Below, one piece after another: positions 49,556 to 60,975 of a DNA stretch of 64,000 nucleotides. The position numbers and the translations under genes were made by a program. Under the pieces are notes generated by a model. That model did not search any database, was not told the DNA's origin, and saw only the letters and a list, made by a program, of their open reading frames with translations. The stretch covers positions 192,001 to 256,000 of the forward strand of contig JBMNJG010000003.1 of assembly GCA_050951545.1 (NCBI GenBank), read 5' to 3'. The stretch comes from Limnochordia bacterium (GTDB taxonomy: Bacteria; Bacillota; Limnochordia; DTU080). Every line of letters begins with the position of its first letter. Position 1 is the stretch's first letter.

Positions 49556-50349
49556 GACCAGCCCCCATCACTCTCTTGTGTCATGCCGTCCAGTTCGCCA
49601 AACGCACTAGCTATCAGCGCCACCAACACCACGCCAGCAGTCTCGGTCCGCAAGATGCGAGCCCCCAGGCTGCAGACAAAAGCCCCCTGATCTTGCAGGC
49701 CACATGCCTCCGCTGACGACAGCCCTCCTTCCGGCCCAATCACAGCTCCAACACTAACCTCCGACGCTGGATGCTGTCCACTCAGCCAGTAACGCAAAGG
49801 GCTTGACGCCCCCTCCCAGGCGACAACCAGCTGCTCACAGGGGAAGTGGCGCACTGCTTCGGCCAAAGGTTCGACAGGCGACACCGAAGGCCAGCGCGCC
49901 CGACCAGACTGCTTGGCTGCTTCACGAGCGATTCTCTCCCAGCGCTGACTGCGAACAATGGCCTTGTCACCCTCGAGGCGCACCACACTGCGCTCTGTGA
50001 CCACGGGATGAATAGCTGCCGCACCTAGTTCGGTGCACTTTTGCACCAGATAATCCATCTTGTCTCCCTTGGACAGACCCGCGAAAAGATGCAGTTGCAT
50101 GCGCGGCTCTGCGGGACCTTGGCGCTCACTGATCACATCCGCCAGACATGCCCTGGGCGCGACCTGCGTGAGTACTCCCAGGTATTCCACACCTGAACCA
50201 TCGCATAGCACGACGCGTTGCCCGCATGTCAAGCGTAGTACTCTCGCGGCATGTTGGGCCTCGTCCCCTAGGATCTGCACCCGACGCGCGCCCGTCTCGC
50301 CGTCGCGCTCAATATGATCTGGCACCACAAAAAAACGGGGAAGGCTCAA
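49546..50349 (-). CDS. rsmE: 16S rRNA m3U1498 methyltransferase
   Basis: HAARVLR, QKCTELG, EAAKQSGR, IGPEGG, LGARILRTETA. Confidence 0.96.
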   Translation of the reverse strand: MSLPRFFVVPDHIERDGETGARRVQILGDEAQHAARVLRLTCGQRVVLCDGSGVEYLGVLTQVAPRACLADVISERQGPAEPRMQLHLFAGLSKGDKMDYLVQKCTELGAAAIHPVVTERSVVRLEGDKAIVRSQRWERIAREAAKQSGRARWPSVSPVEPLAEAVRHFPCEQLVVAWEGASSPLRYWLSGQHPASEVSVGAVIGPEGGLSSAEACGLQDQGAFVCSLGARILRTETAGVVLVALIASAFGELDGMTQESDGGWSCG

Positions 50350-51311
50350 GACTGACGACCGCCTATCACACAGAACCATTCGTCTATCTGCCGCTCCTGG
50401 GTGATCACCAGACCACTTTCGGCCCAGGCCGCCCGCACAGCCCCCATGCGCTCAGCCACAATGCCCGAAGCGATAAAGCATCCTCCTGGGCGCAAGTAGC
50501 CTGCCACCCGCGGCAGAATCTTGACAATGGTCTCGGCGATAATGTTGGCTACGATGATGTCAAAACGCATCTCCTGCACATCATCCACGACACCTGTCGC
50601 CACGGTAACGTTCGTCGCGACCCCATTGGCCTCCACGTTTTCTTGCGCAACAGACACTGCTCGCGAGTCAATATCCAAGGCGTGTACGCGAGCTCCGAGC
50701 TTCGCTGCGGCAATCGCCAGGATTCCAGAGCCAGTGCCCAAGTCCAGCACAAAGTCATGCGGAGCCACAGTACCCTCCAAGGCCTGCAAGCAAAGCCGCG
50801 TGGTCGGATGTGTGCCAGTCCCAAAAGCCATGCCAGGATCCAGGCGAATCAACACCTCTCCCGGCCGCGGTTCGTACGTTAACCATGAGGGGACGATGAC
50901 CAATCGGCGGCCAATCCGCTGTAGCGTGTAGTACTTCTTCCAGGCATTGGCCCAGTCTTCAGCATGCACCATTCTCGCAGAGACCTGCCCCAAACCGGGA
51001 TCCAACCCCGCCTCCACCAGGCGCCGTACCGTGCCAGACAGACCGACCAGCACCTGGGCGGAGGTATCAGCTGGTAGGTACGCCTTCACTGTGACACCCG
51101 TCAGCATCGGGCCTGCATTGCCAGGCGATGAGCCCGCGTCGGGCTCATCGATAAGTGCCGTGCCTAGCTGTTCGACACGCCGCATCACGAGCCGAGGGTC
51201 GTCGATCACCACGCCCCCGGCACCCAAATCCATCAGCATCTCACTGACTGCCTCTACAGCCTCCGAGCTCGTCACCACGCTGACTTCGAGCCAGTCCTGA
51301 GAAACACACAC
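50346..51311 (-). CDS. prmA: Ribosomal protein L11 methyltransferase
   Basis: DWANAWKKY, LDPGMAFGTGTHPTT, LDLGTGSGIL, VANI. Confidence 0.96.
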   Translation of the reverse strand: MCVSQDWLEVSVVTSSEAVEAVSEMLMDLGAGGVVIDDPRLVMRRVEQLGTALIDEPDAGSSPGNAGPMLTGVTVKAYLPADTSAQVLVGLSGTVRRLVEAGLDPGLGQVSARMVHAEDWANAWKKYYTLQRIGRRLVIVPSWLTYEPRPGEVLIRLDPGMAFGTGTHPTTRLCLQALEGTVAPHDFVLDLGTGSGILAIAAAKLGARVHALDIDSRAVSVAQENVEANGVATNVTVATGVVDDVQEMRFDIIVANIIAETIVKILPRVAGYLRPGGCFIASGIVAERMGAVRAAWAESGLVITQERQIDEWFCVIGGRQS

Positions 51312-51342
51312 CGAATTCAGTCCCCCTGCCCGCTGGTCGCGT

Positions 51343-52500
51343 CTACTCGGACCGCCCTGGGTTGCCAAAAGCTTCCTTCACTCGCCTAAACAGGTTCTTA
51401 TCTTGCTGCCCATTCGTGTCACCATCGCCGCCCGAAAGCTGCGAGAGTTCGCGTAGCAGTTCGCGTTGACGCGCAGACAGCCGCGTTGGCGTCACCACCT
51501 TGATGGTCACCCGCTGATCACCGCGTCCATAGCCGCGGACCGCCGCTATGCCCAAACCCCGCAAACGAAAGACTGTTCCCGTCTGAGTACCCTCGGGTAT
51601 CTTTAGCTTGGCCTTACCGTCCATGGTCGGTACCTCGATCTCATCTCCGAGCGCGGCCTGGGAAAAGCTGATGGGTATCTCACAGACTACATCGTTTCCC
51701 TCGCGGTGAAACAGACTATGGGGCTTGACCCGGACGAAGACGTATAGATCGCCGGGAGGTCCTCCTCTGCTACCAGCCTCTCCTTCACCGGAGAGCCGTA
51801 CCCGCATGCCATCGTCGATGCCGGCCGGAATGTTCACCTTTATCTGGCGGCGCCGATGCACAACACCGCGCCCCTGACACTCCGAACATGGCTGCTTTAC
51901 AGTCTTGCCTTCACCCTGGCAACGGGTGCAAGCAGTGACATTCACCATACGCCCAAAAGCGGTTTGGCGCTCTTGGCGCATCGAACCACTGCCTCCGCAG
52001 ACCTCACAGGTAACGATAGGCGTTCCTGGTTCTGCTTTGTTCCCGTGACAGTGCGGACATGTCTCACTGCGCGGTATCGTGATCTCGATAGTGGTGCCGA
52101 AAGCTGCCTCGGTGAACTCTAGGGTTGCATCGTAGCGAAGATCAGCGCCTTTTTGCGGGCCGCGCCGTTCGCTTCTGCCTGCCCCACCAAAGAACGCGTC
52201 GAAGATACCACCAAGATCATCAAAGCCTCCGAAGCCCCCAAAAGGATCAAAGCCCCCTGCTCCCATGCCCTGTTGGTCAAAGGCCGCATGGCCGAACTGG
52301 TCATACTTCGCACGCGCATCCGGATCTTGAAGGACCTTGTAGGCTTCCGTGGCCTCTCTGAACTTCTCTGCCGCGTGTGGGTCATCTTTGGCTACATCCG
52401 GGTGGTATTGATGGGCCAGACGGCGGTATGCCTTCTTGATCTCGGCCTCGGAAGCGTCTTTACCAACCCCCAAGACCTCGTAATAGTCTCTTTTCGCCAC
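51343..52500 (-). CDS. dnaJ: Chaperone DnaJ
   Basis: J-domain HPD, G/F-rich region, four CxxCxGxG-type repeats. Confidence 0.98.
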   Translation of the reverse strand: MAKRDYYEVLGVGKDASEAEIKKAYRRLAHQYHPDVAKDDPHAAEKFREATEAYKVLQDPDARAKYDQFGHAAFDQQGMGAGGFDPFGGFGGFDDLGGIFDAFFGGAGRSERRGPQKGADLRYDATLEFTEAAFGTTIEITIPRSETCPHCHGNKAEPGTPIVTCEVCGGSGSMRQERQTAFGRMVNVTACTRCQGEGKTVKQPCSECQGRGVVHRRRQIKVNIPAGIDDGMRVRLSGEGEAGSRGGPPGDLYVFVRVKPHSLFHREGNDVVCEIPISFSQAALGDEIEVPTMDGKAKLKIPEGTQTGTVFRLRGLGIAAVRGYGRGDQRVTIKVVTPTRLSARQRELLRELSQLSGGDGDTNGQQDKNLFRRVKEAFGNPGRSE

Positions 52501-52600
52501 GCCTTCTCTCGCCCCCTGGCAGCTATTCCACACAGTACGCGGCGACACATGGGCTCAATCACCCATGTGTCGCACTTGACCATCAGCGCACATCCACAGC

Positions 52601-54445
52601 TCAACTCTCGTCATCCATAGTAAAATCGGCGTCAACCGTCTCATGATCCCCACTATCATCGCCATCATCGTCAGACGGCGCGTCGTTCGATGCAGCACCT
52701 GCAGCCTCATACACTCGCGAGGTCACTTTGTACAACGCCGAACTCAGGGCCTCTTGCTTGTCCTTGATGGCCTGAATGTCCTCGCCACCCATGACCCCTT
52801 TCAGAGCTTCCTGTGCCTCGATGATCTCCTCGCGCTCTTCGGCGGTAACCTTGTCGCCCAACTCCTTAAGCGAGCGGTCAACAGAGTAGACAAGTCCATC
52901 CGCCTCGTTGCGGGCCTCGATAAGTTCCTTCCGCCTCATGTCTTCCTCAGCGTGACTCTCTGCCTCCTGAACCAAACGGTCGATATCCTTCTCGCTCAGG
53001 CCCGTACGCGCCGTAAGAGTGATCTCCTGCGCCTTACCAGTGCCCAGATCTTTCGCCGAGACCTTGACGATGCCGTTGGCATCTATGTCAAAAGAAACCT
53101 CGATCTGCGGTATTCCTCTGGGAGCGGGCAAGATGCCGCCCAGCTGGAAACGCCCCAACGTGACGTTGTCGGAAGCCATCGGACGCTCACCTTGCAGCAC
53201 ATGAATGTCGACTTGCGTCTGGTTGTCTGCAGCCGTGGAAAAGATCTGCTTCTCCACTGTGGGAATCGTAGTATTGCGCTCGATCAGCTTGGTGAAAACG
53301 CCACCGAGTGTCTCAATCCCCAGTGACAACGGAGTCACATCGAGAAGCACGATATCCTTAACTTCACCAGCGAGAACACCAGCCTGGATAGCCGCTCCCA
53401 CAGCCACCACTTCGTCAGGATTGACACCCTTGTGGGGCTCCTTGCCTATAAGCTTATGGATGGCGTTCTGAACCGCTGGGATGCGCGTCGATCCGCCCAC
53501 CAAAATGACGCGGTCGATGTCACTGGGTTCCAGACCTGCGTCAGCCAGGGCCCGCCGCGCAGGCCCCATAGTAGCCTCGACTAAGTCTTTGGTCAGATCA
53601 TCAAACTTGGCACGCGTCAAAGCGATATCCATATGGAGCGGACTGCCTTGCTTCATAGCGATGAACGGCAGATTGACTGTCGTCTGAGCTATCCCCGACA
53701 ACTCCACTTTGGCCTTCTCGGCCGCTTCCTTCACACGCTGTAGAGCTGTGCGATCCTTGCTCAGGTCGACACCAGAGGTCTTTTTGAACTCATTCACAAG
53801 GTAGTCCATAACCCGCTGGTCGAAGTCATCGCCGCCCAAACGGTTATTCCCGCTTGTCGCTTTTACCTCGTAGACCCCGTCACCAAGCTCAAGAATTGAG
53901 ACATCAAATGTTCCGCCTCCGAGATCAAAGACCAGCACCGTATGATCCTCGGTGCGATCGGCACCGTAAGCGAGCGCCGCGGCAGTTGGCTCATTGATGA
54001 TACGCAGAACCTCCAGACCCGCAATCGTGCCCGCATCCTTCGTCGCCTGACGCTGAGCGTCCGTAAAGTAGGCAGGAACAGTGATCACAGCCTGCGTGAT
54101 CTTCTGACCTAGATAATCTTCTGCATCAGCCTTGAGCTTCTGCAGAACCATTGCCGCGATCTCTGGCGGAGTATAGTTGCGGCCATCGATACGAGCCTTG
54201 TATTCAGTGCCCATTTGCCGTTTTATCGACAGTATTGTGCGATCAGGGTTGCTGACCGCCTGCCGCTTGGCCACTGCACCTACGAGGCGTTCTGCTTGCT
54301 GACCGTCCTCTTTCTTGCTGAAGGCCACCACTGACGGCGTTGTCCGACCGCCCTCAGCGTTGGGGATGACCACTGGCTCCCCGCCTTCCATGACCGCAAT
54401 GACCGAATTGGTGGTGCCAAGGTCAATACCGACCACCTTGCTCAT
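52601..54445 (-). CDS. dnaK: Chaperone DnaK
   Basis: [31 protein letters not shown]. Confidence 0.99.
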   Translation of the reverse strand: MSKVVGIDLGTTNSVIAVMEGGEPVVIPNAEGGRTTPSVVAFSKKEDGQQAERLVGAVAKRQAVSNPDRTILSIKRQMGTEYKARIDGRNYTPPEIAAMVLQKLKADAEDYLGQKITQAVITVPAYFTDAQRQATKDAGTIAGLEVLRIINEPTAAALAYGADRTEDHTVLVFDLGGGTFDVSILELGDGVYEVKATSGNNRLGGDDFDQRVMDYLVNEFKKTSGVDLSKDRTALQRVKEAAEKAKVELSGIAQTTVNLPFIAMKQGSPLHMDIALTRAKFDDLTKDLVEATMGPARRALADAGLEPSDIDRVILVGGSTRIPAVQNAIHKLIGKEPHKGVNPDEVVAVGAAIQAGVLAGEVKDIVLLDVTPLSLGIETLGGVFTKLIERNTTIPTVEKQIFSTAADNQTQVDIHVLQGERPMASDNVTLGRFQLGGILPAPRGIPQIEVSFDIDANGIVKVSAKDLGTGKAQEITLTARTGLSEKDIDRLVQEAESHAEEDMRRKELIEARNEADGLVYSVDRSLKELGDKVTAEEREEIIEAQEALKGVMGGEDIQAIKDKQEALSSALYKVTSRVYEAAGAASNDAPSDDDGDDSGDHETVDADFTMDDES

Positions 54446-54514
54446 AGATCCTTCCTCCACTCTGGTATGCATCAGTCGACGTGATCTTGCCCAGCCGACA
54501 CAACGTGTCACTGG

Positions 54515-55084
54515 CTAGCTCGTCGGATTCTCCGGCGTAGGTCCCACTTTTACCTTAGCTGGGCGTAGTAGACGACCAGCAAAACTGTACCCTTTTTGAT
54601 ACTCTGCAACGACATAGAGCTCACCGCCAGCAGACTCCTCACGCGCCACCGCCTCATGGCAATGAGGATCAAATGCTGTTCCTAAGCTCTGAACCTGCGA
54701 TAACCCTTCAGAGTGAAGCGCAGCCAGAAGCGCCCGCTGCACCATACTCACACCCTCGGCGAGGCCATCACTAGATCCGGCGCTGGACGCTGCCTCTAAG
54801 GCTCGATCGAGATCATCCAACACAGGCAGCAGCTTAGTTATCAGCCGCTCGGCGCCTCTTTCGGACTGCTCCTCGAGCTTCTGTTGGCTACGGCGACGAA
54901 AGTTGTCGAAATCAGCACGCAACCTCGCGTACTGCGTAGCCAGGACCTCTAGCTGCTGCTGCTTTTCCTCCAACTCCGCATCCCGGCTGCGGTCGCTTTC
55001 TTCAACGACCTCGACTGCCTCAGCAGCCTCGCACGCCGCCTCCTCATGTGTTGCGTCAGGCTGCGGCACGTCTGGATCCACCAA
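54515..55084 (-). CDS. grpE: Nucleotide exchange factor GrpE
   Basis: RADFDNFRRR, LLPVLDDLDRA, FDPHCHEAV, LLRPAKV. Confidence 0.96.
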   Translation of the reverse strand: MVDPDVPQPDATHEEAACEAAEAVEVVEESDRSRDAELEEKQQQLEVLATQYARLRADFDNFRRRSQQKLEEQSERGAERLITKLLPVLDDLDRALEAASSAGSSDGLAEGVSMVQRALLAALHSEGLSQVQSLGTAFDPHCHEAVAREESAGGELYVVAEYQKGYSFAGRLLRPAKVKVGPTPENPTS

Positions 55085-55124
55085 GTTACAACGACCTCCC
55101 AAGGTAGAGACTCTCTTACCATTT

Positions 55125-56141
55125 CTAGGCCGACACTGTTCCACTGAGCAGCTCTGACAGCATGTCGGCTACTAACTGAACCATGGCAATCGCCCTGGTG
55201 TATTCCATTCGGGTAGGACCGATGACGCCAACAGCACCGACTGCCCGCCCTCCGCTACCATAGGTCGCGCTTACTACGCTGCAGTCTCGCACCCCTTCAT
55301 AGGGATTTTCCTCTCCAATGCTGACCCCTATGCCTTCTGTGCTTCTGCTGATGACCTCTATGAGGCGCTCGCGCTCTTCCAAGGCCGAAAGCAGAGCTTT
55401 CGCCCTAGTGATCTCCTGGAACTCAGGATGATCGATGAGGTTGATGCTTCCATCGACCAGCACCTTTTCCGAGGTGTTTGTGAGCCCCTCAACGAGCATT
55501 TCCATCAAAACCGGGTACAGAATGGGGTCGGGCACTTCGTCAGCAAGCTGCCTGCAGACCTCGCTGGTCACATCACGCAAAGCCTTGCCTCTCAGCCTGG
55601 CGCTGATACGCTGACCCGCCAACATGAGCGACTCCGGCACCATACGCTCCACCTCAGCAATGCGGTTCTGCACAAGGCCCGGATCGGTGACCACCACAGC
55701 CAGAAGGTGGCTATCATCAATAGGAACAAAGCGCACTGCACGCACGACACTATCTAAGATACTGGGCGCAACAGCCACTGCGGCATAATGAGTCACGATG
55801 CCCAACACGCGTAGGGCCCGGCGGATGATCTCCTCTACGACTACCTGCGGAGCCATCATCTTCTCCCGTACGAAGACCATCTCTTCTTCGGACACCCTGG
55901 GATCAGGTATGAGCACATCCACATAGAACCGATATCCCTTGTCCGAGGGGATACGTCCAGCCGAAGTATGCGGCTGCTGCAGGTAACCCGACTCCTCTAG
56001 ATCAGCCATTTCATTGCGGATAGTGGCGGGACTTACGCCCAGACTGTACTTGCGGGCAATTGTCCGCGACCCGACTGGTTCAGCTGTTTCGATATAGTCG
56101 TCGGTGATAGCCCGCAGGATAGCCTCTTTTCGCTTATCCAT
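55125..56141 (-). CDS. hrcA: Heat-inducible repressor HrcA
   Basis: EPVGSR, SPATIRNEM, QPHTSAGRIPS, IGPTRM. Confidence 0.97.
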   Translation of the reverse strand: MDKRKEAILRAITDDYIETAEPVGSRTIARKYSLGVSPATIRNEMADLEESGYLQQPHTSAGRIPSDKGYRFYVDVLIPDPRVSEEEMVFVREKMMAPQVVVEEIIRRALRVLGIVTHYAAVAVAPSILDSVVRAVRFVPIDDSHLLAVVVTDPGLVQNRIAEVERMVPESLMLAGQRISARLRGKALRDVTSEVCRQLADEVPDPILYPVLMEMLVEGLTNTSEKVLVDGSINLIDHPEFQEITRAKALLSALEERERLIEVISRSTEGIGVSIGEENPYEGVRDCSVVSATYGSGGRAVGAVGVIGPTRMEYTRAIAMVQLVADMLSELLSGTVSA

Positions 56142-56192
56142 CCTGCTTCACCACCGGAAAGATATGCCGCGACAGTCTGTAACCCTCTCGCT

Positions 56193-56219
56193 TTAGCACT
56201 CGCCTAGGGCGAGTGCTAA
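56193..56219. promoter_or_regulatory. CIRCE operator
   Basis: Exact consensus TTAGCACTC-N9-GAGTGCTAA upstream of hrcA. Confidence 0.98.
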
Positions 56220-56230
56220 TCATCACACCC

Positions 56231-56259
56231 AACATAGCACCGCCCCCCTGCTTTGTCAA
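56231..56259 (-). promoter_or_regulatory. sigmaA promoter of the hrcA operon
   Basis: TTGACA-N17-TATGTT with a TG extension; the -35 overlaps the hemW stop codon. Confidence 0.8.
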
Positions 56260-57422
56260 GAAGAACGCAAGAAAGCAGCAAACACCTGATTGCCGAAGAG
56301 CAGCCCTCTTCTTGTCAATCTGACCGAGGTGTCATACTCCACGAGACCAAGTCGCACCAACCGGGCGATTTCGTCACCATACACCGACCGCAGTCCGCGT
56401 CCAAAACGACTCCGGAAACGTCCGTCGCTTACACCCTCGAGAAGACGCAGACCCATGATCATGGTCTCATCCATCTCATCGTCCGGGGAGAGCTGGCGCC
56501 GCTCTGCGATGGGCAGTAATCCTTGCTCCAGCCCCCGGCTGTACGCCTCCACATCAGACGTGTTGGCCCAACGTTGCCCACCCCAGTGAGAGTGAGCGGC
56601 AGGGCCCAAGCCCCTGTACCACTCGTTGCGCCAGTAGATCTCATTGTGCTGGCAACGATGTCCCGGTCGAGACCAGTTGGAGATCTCGTATTGCTCGTAG
56701 CCAGCAGAGCGTAATCTCTCAATGGCCCACTCGTACATGGCCAGTTCCGTCTCTTCATCGGGAAGGCTGAGCTTGTTCTCGCGTAGTAGCGTCGCCAAGG
56801 GCGTAGAGGGCTCGACGATCAGGCTGTAACAAGAGACATGGTCTGGAGTCAGCTCAAGAACTTGCTCAAGAGTCTGGCGAAAATGCGGCATGGCTTGCTC
56901 TGGCAGGCCAAACATAAGGTCGATGCTGATGTTCGTAAATCCTGCTGACCGAGCTGCCAGTACGCTAGTCACGGCATCCTGCGCTGTGTGTAGGCGCCCC
57001 AGGAGTTCTAGTAGTCTGGAGTCGAGACTTTGCACGCCAATGCTCAAGCGATTGGCACCAGCAGCCCTTATGGCAGCCAGACTTGTCGCGTTTACTGTCC
57101 CGGGATTCACCTCCACGCTCACCTCCACATCCGGCGAGTGCTTGAACATGGAAAGGATCTGCCGCAGGATGCTGCACAGCATGGCGCAGGGCAAGACCGA
57201 TGGTGTACCACCACCAACAAAGATGCTCGTCACAGGTACCTGGAGCATCTCTCGAGCAACCGTCTCAATCTCCCGGGCTAGAGCTTCAAAGTAGGTCTGC
57301 ATCTCTTCTGTACATGCGGGATATGAGACGAAATCACAGTAACAGCATTTACGTAAACAGAAGGGCACGTGGACGTAGATACCAGCTCCGGCTCCTGGCA
57401 TGGGTGTAGGTCGCTCAGGCAT
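56256..57422 (-). CDS. hemW: Radical SAM heme chaperone HemW (HemN-like)
   Basis: [34 protein letters not shown]. Confidence 0.93.
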   Translation of the reverse strand: MPERPTPMPGAGAGIYVHVPFCLRKCCYCDFVSYPACTEEMQTYFEALAREIETVAREMLQVPVTSIFVGGGTPSVLPCAMLCSILRQILSMFKHSPDVEVSVEVNPGTVNATSLAAIRAAGANRLSIGVQSLDSRLLELLGRLHTAQDAVTSVLAARSAGFTNISIDLMFGLPEQAMPHFRQTLEQVLELTPDHVSCYSLIVEPSTPLATLLRENKLSLPDEETELAMYEWAIERLRSAGYEQYEISNWSRPGHRCQHNEIYWRNEWYRGLGPAAHSHWGGQRWANTSDVEAYSRGLEQGLLPIAERRQLSPDDEMDETMIMGLRLLEGVSDGRFRSRFGRGLRSVYGDEIARLVRLGLVEYDTSVRLTRRGLLFGNQVFAAFLRSS

Positions 57423-59214
57423 CTCCGATACGCAACACAGCCAAAAAGGCCTCCTGCGGCACCTCCACGGTCCCAAGCTGTTTCATCCGTCTCTTGCCCT
57501 CTTTCTGCTTCTCCAGAAGTTTGCGCTTCCGTGAGACGTCGCCGCCATAGCATTTGGCCAGAACGTCTTTGCGTAGGGCACGAACCGTTTCTCTGGCAAT
57601 CACCTTGTTACCGATACTGGCCTGAATAGGTACCTCAAACATCTGACGAGGGATGACTTCCTTAAGCCTTTCTGTCAGCTGGCGCGCACGTTCATAGGCC
57701 TTGTCGCGATGGACGATGCATGATAGGGCATCCACTGGCTCGCCATTCAGAAGGACGTCAAGCTTCACCAGTTCACTCTCACGGTAACCGATGAGCTCAT
57801 AATCCAGGGAGGCGTAGCCTTTGGAACGGGATTTGAGCTTGTCAAAGAAGTCCATAAGAATCTCTGCCAGGGGTAGCTCGTACTCAAGGCGAGCACGTTC
57901 CGGGGTGATGTACTCCATGGTTACGTACTGCCCTCGACGATTCTGGCACAGCTCCATAATCGGGCCTACGAAATCTCGCGGGGCGACGATCGCTGCCCGC
58001 ACAAAGGGCTCCTCCACCTTCTCAATGGTAGTGGGATCAGGATAGTAGGCAGGATTGTCAATGCTCAGAACCTGCGAGTCGCTGCGATAGACCTTGTACA
58101 CCACGCTAGGTGCGGTGGCGATGAGATCCAGATCAAACTCGCGCTCCAGTCGCTCTTGCATGATCTCCATATGCAACAGGCCCAAAAAGCCGCACCGGTA
58201 GCCAAAGCCCAAAGCCATAGACGTCTCCGGTTCGAAGATCAGGGATGCATCGTTGAGTTGAAGTTTCTCCAAGGCTTCGCGCAAGGCAGTGTACTCCTCA
58301 TTGATCACAGGGTACAGACCGCAAAACACCATCGGCACAGCTTTTCGGTAGCCAGGAAGCGCCGCGGCCGCTGGCCGCTCGGCCTCTGTGATCGTGTCGC
58401 CTACGCGTGTGTCCCTCAGATCCTTCATCTGAGCAATCACACAGCCTACGTCACCAGCCTTGAGTTCGTCGATCGGGGTCATGTGAGGCCGAAAGATGCC
58501 CATCTCAGTCACCTGAAATGTACGACCAGTCGCCATCATCTGAATGTGAGTGCCGATTCGTACCGTACCGTCCACGACCCGTACGTAAGCAATGGCTCCC
58601 CGGTAGGGGTCGAAGTGAGAGTCAAAAATCAGGGCCCGGAGAGGCTGACTTGCGTCACCCTCTGGAGGAGGGATACGCGTGATAATGGCCTCGAAAACGC
58701 CTTCGATCCCCTCGCCTGTCTTCGCACTGACAAACGGAGCATCAGAAGCATCGATGCCTACGCTCTCTTCCAGCTCTCTGCAGACCGACTCGGGATTGGC
58801 ACCGGGAAGATCAATCTTATTGATCACCGGGATAATTTCCAGATCATGCTCTAAAGCAAGATACAAGTTGGCAAGCGTCTGTGCCTCTATGCCCTGGGAC
58901 GCGTCAATCACCAGCAAGGCCCCTTCACAGGCGGCCAGCGACCGGCTTACCTCGTACGAGAAATCGACGTGCCCTGGGGTATCGATCAAATTCAGTGTAT
59001 AGATCTCGCCATCACGAGCCCTGTACTCTATGCGCACGGCCCGCAATTTGATGGTGATGCCGCGCTCACGCTCAATATCCATGGAATCAAGCACTTGGTC
59101 AGTCATGTCGCGCTCTGATAGAGCGTTTGTGCGCTCCAAGAGCCGGTCAGCCAGTGTGGATTTACCATGGTCAATATGAGCAATAATACAGAAGTTCCTC
59201 ACGCGGTTCTGCAA
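57415..59214 (-). CDS. lepA: Elongation factor 4
   Basis: [35 protein letters not shown]. Confidence 0.99.
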   Translation of the reverse strand: MQNRVRNFCIIAHIDHGKSTLADRLLERTNALSERDMTDQVLDSMDIERERGITIKLRAVRIEYRARDGEIYTLNLIDTPGHVDFSYEVSRSLAACEGALLVIDASQGIEAQTLANLYLALEHDLEIIPVINKIDLPGANPESVCRELEESVGIDASDAPFVSAKTGEGIEGVFEAIITRIPPPEGDASQPLRALIFDSHFDPYRGAIAYVRVVDGTVRIGTHIQMMATGRTFQVTEMGIFRPHMTPIDELKAGDVGCVIAQMKDLRDTRVGDTITEAERPAAAALPGYRKAVPMVFCGLYPVINEEYTALREALEKLQLNDASLIFEPETSMALGFGYRCGFLGLLHMEIMQERLEREFDLDLIATAPSVVYKVYRSDSQVLSIDNPAYYPDPTTIEKVEEPFVRAAIVAPRDFVGPIMELCQNRRGQYVTMEYITPERARLEYELPLAEILMDFFDKLKSRSKGYASLDYELIGYRESELVKLDVLLNGEPVDALSCIVHRDKAYERARQLTERLKEVIPRQMFEVPIQASIGNKVIARETVRALRKDVLAKCYGGDVSRKRKLLEKQKEGKRRMKQLGTVEVPQEAFLAVLRIGDA

Positions 59215-59263
59215 ACGTCGCCACCTCTCGCCCCTTCATTGCCGCCTAGGCATAGCACACCTA

Positions 59264-59292
59264 ATTATAGCATTGGCGTCTACTGCTCACAA
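59264..59292 (-). promoter_or_regulatory. sigmaA promoter of lepA
   Basis: TTGTGA-N17-TATAAT with a TG extension. Confidence 0.7.
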
Positions 59293-59418
59293 GGATGCAT
59301 GGGTCTCGGCGAGTCGAAGAGAAGAAGCAGGTCGAGAACCGGTCGAGACGGGGGCTACTGGCGCGGACCAGCAAGATGCCCCATACAGAGTCGACCAACC
59401 GATAGAGGAAGTGGAGAT

Positions 59419-60975
59419 TTGTCTGAACGTCCTGTGGCCAAAACAGCTGGTGTCGTCATGCTGCTTATCATGCTCAGTCGCCTGCTGGGTTTCGTAAGAG
59501 AACGAGCGATCGCCGAGGTCTTCGGTATGGACTGGCGAACGGACGTCTTCCGAGCCGCCTTCAACATCCCGGACCTCATGTTCTTCCTTCTCGTAGCCGG
59601 GGGACTCAACGCAGCCTTCATACCCGTCTTCACCGCCTACTTGGCCCGAGACGAAGAAGAAGAGGGCTGGCGCATGGCTTGGACGTTCTTCGCCCTTGGC
59701 ATTGGCCTGCTCGCTCTTATGACCATCGCTGGTATGGTCTTCACACCAGCCCTAGCCCCCTTAGTAGCTGTTGGTTTTGGCGGAGAGCAGAAGATGCTGC
59801 TTATCACCCTTATGCGCGTGATGTTCCCTGCTGTGGCCTTTACTGCACTCGCCGGCTTGGGCATGGGCATTCACAAGTCCTACAAGAGCTTCGGCGCTCC
59901 GCTATGGGGACCGATCGCCTATAACCTGATGATCATCATTGGCACGTACACATTGGGGCGCCGCCTGGGAATCATGGGCATGGCGATTGGCACAGTGGTC
60001 GGGGCGGTAAGCAACTTCCTGGTACAGCTACCGTTTTTCGTCCGCAAGGCATCCCCCCATCCCTTTTTCTTCGATATCCATCATCCAGGCATAAAAAGAG
60101 CCTTCCACCTGATGGGGCCAGCCGTCGTCAGCTCATCGATCACTCAGCTCAATTTCACGATCATCACCTCCTTAGCCTCTAGCCTGCAAGAGGGAAGCAT
60201 CAGTGCCTTGCGCACGGCAAACACCTTGGTTCAGCTGCCTTTGGGAGTCTTCGCCATGGGGGTATCCATGGTAATACTTCCCACCCTTTCGAGTCTCATG
60301 GCCCGCGATGAGATGAAGGCATTCCGCAACACGTTCTCCCATGGCCTACGTCTGGTGCTGTTTCTGACCATTCCAGCAGCGGTAGGGCTGGTCGTGATGC
60401 GTGAGCCTTTGATCCGGCTGCTTTTCCAGGTCGGAGAGTTTGGAGCAAAGGACACAGCAATGGCAGCCCGCGCCGTGTTGTTCTATGCCCCCGGTCTGGT
60501 AAGTCAATCAGCCATCCAGATCCTAGTTCAGGTCTATTATTCCCTGCAAGACACCAAGACGCTAGTGCGTGTCTCTGCACAAGCGATTGTCATCAACACG
60601 CTGCTTGGGCTCCTTTTCATCCGTTTTACCTCGCTTGGTCACGGAGGTCTGGCTCTAGCCTACTCATTGACGAGCATGTGGAACATGGTGAGCTATCTGC
60701 GCGGTCTACGTCGAGCGATCGGTAGTATAGACGGACGGCGCCTCCTGCGTTCAGCTACCCTCGCCCTCGTAGCTTCTGTAGCGATGGGATTGACGGCCAA
60801 AGCTGCCACCACCATCGCTGCCTCGTACGGGGGACGTCTCATGGAGGTTGCTATTGGCGTCTCCGCGGGTGTGCTCGTTTACATGGTTATGGCCTTCGCA
60901 CTGCGTATGGAAGAGATCTCGCTTCTCAAGCAGGCCCTGTCTGCGGGCCGTACTGCCCGCCCCGCCCGTGACTAG
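59419..60975 (+). CDS. murJ: Lipid II flippase MurJ (MviN)
   Basis: SRLLGFVRE, AFNIPD, AFIPVF, QLPLGVF; about 14 TM segments. TTG start 59419. Confidence 0.92.
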   Translation: MSERPVAKTAGVVMLLIMLSRLLGFVRERAIAEVFGMDWRTDVFRAAFNIPDLMFFLLVAGGLNAAFIPVFTAYLARDEEEEGWRMAWTFFALGIGLLALMTIAGMVFTPALAPLVAVGFGGEQKMLLITLMRVMFPAVAFTALAGLGMGIHKSYKSFGAPLWGPIAYNLMIIIGTYTLGRRLGIMGMAIGTVVGAVSNFLVQLPFFVRKASPHPFFFDIHHPGIKRAFHLMGPAVVSSSITQLNFTIITSLASSLQEGSISALRTANTLVQLPLGVFAMGVSMVILPTLSSLMARDEMKAFRNTFSHGLRLVLFLTIPAAVGLVVMREPLIRLLFQVGEFGAKDTAMAARAVLFYAPGLVSQSAIQILVQVYYSLQDTKTLVRVSAQAIVINTLLGLLFIRFTSLGHGGLALAYSLTSMWNMVSYLRGLRRAIGSIDGRRLLRSATLALVASVAMGLTAKAATTIAASYGGRLMEVAIGVSAGVLVYMVMAFALRMEEISLLKQALSAGRTARPARD

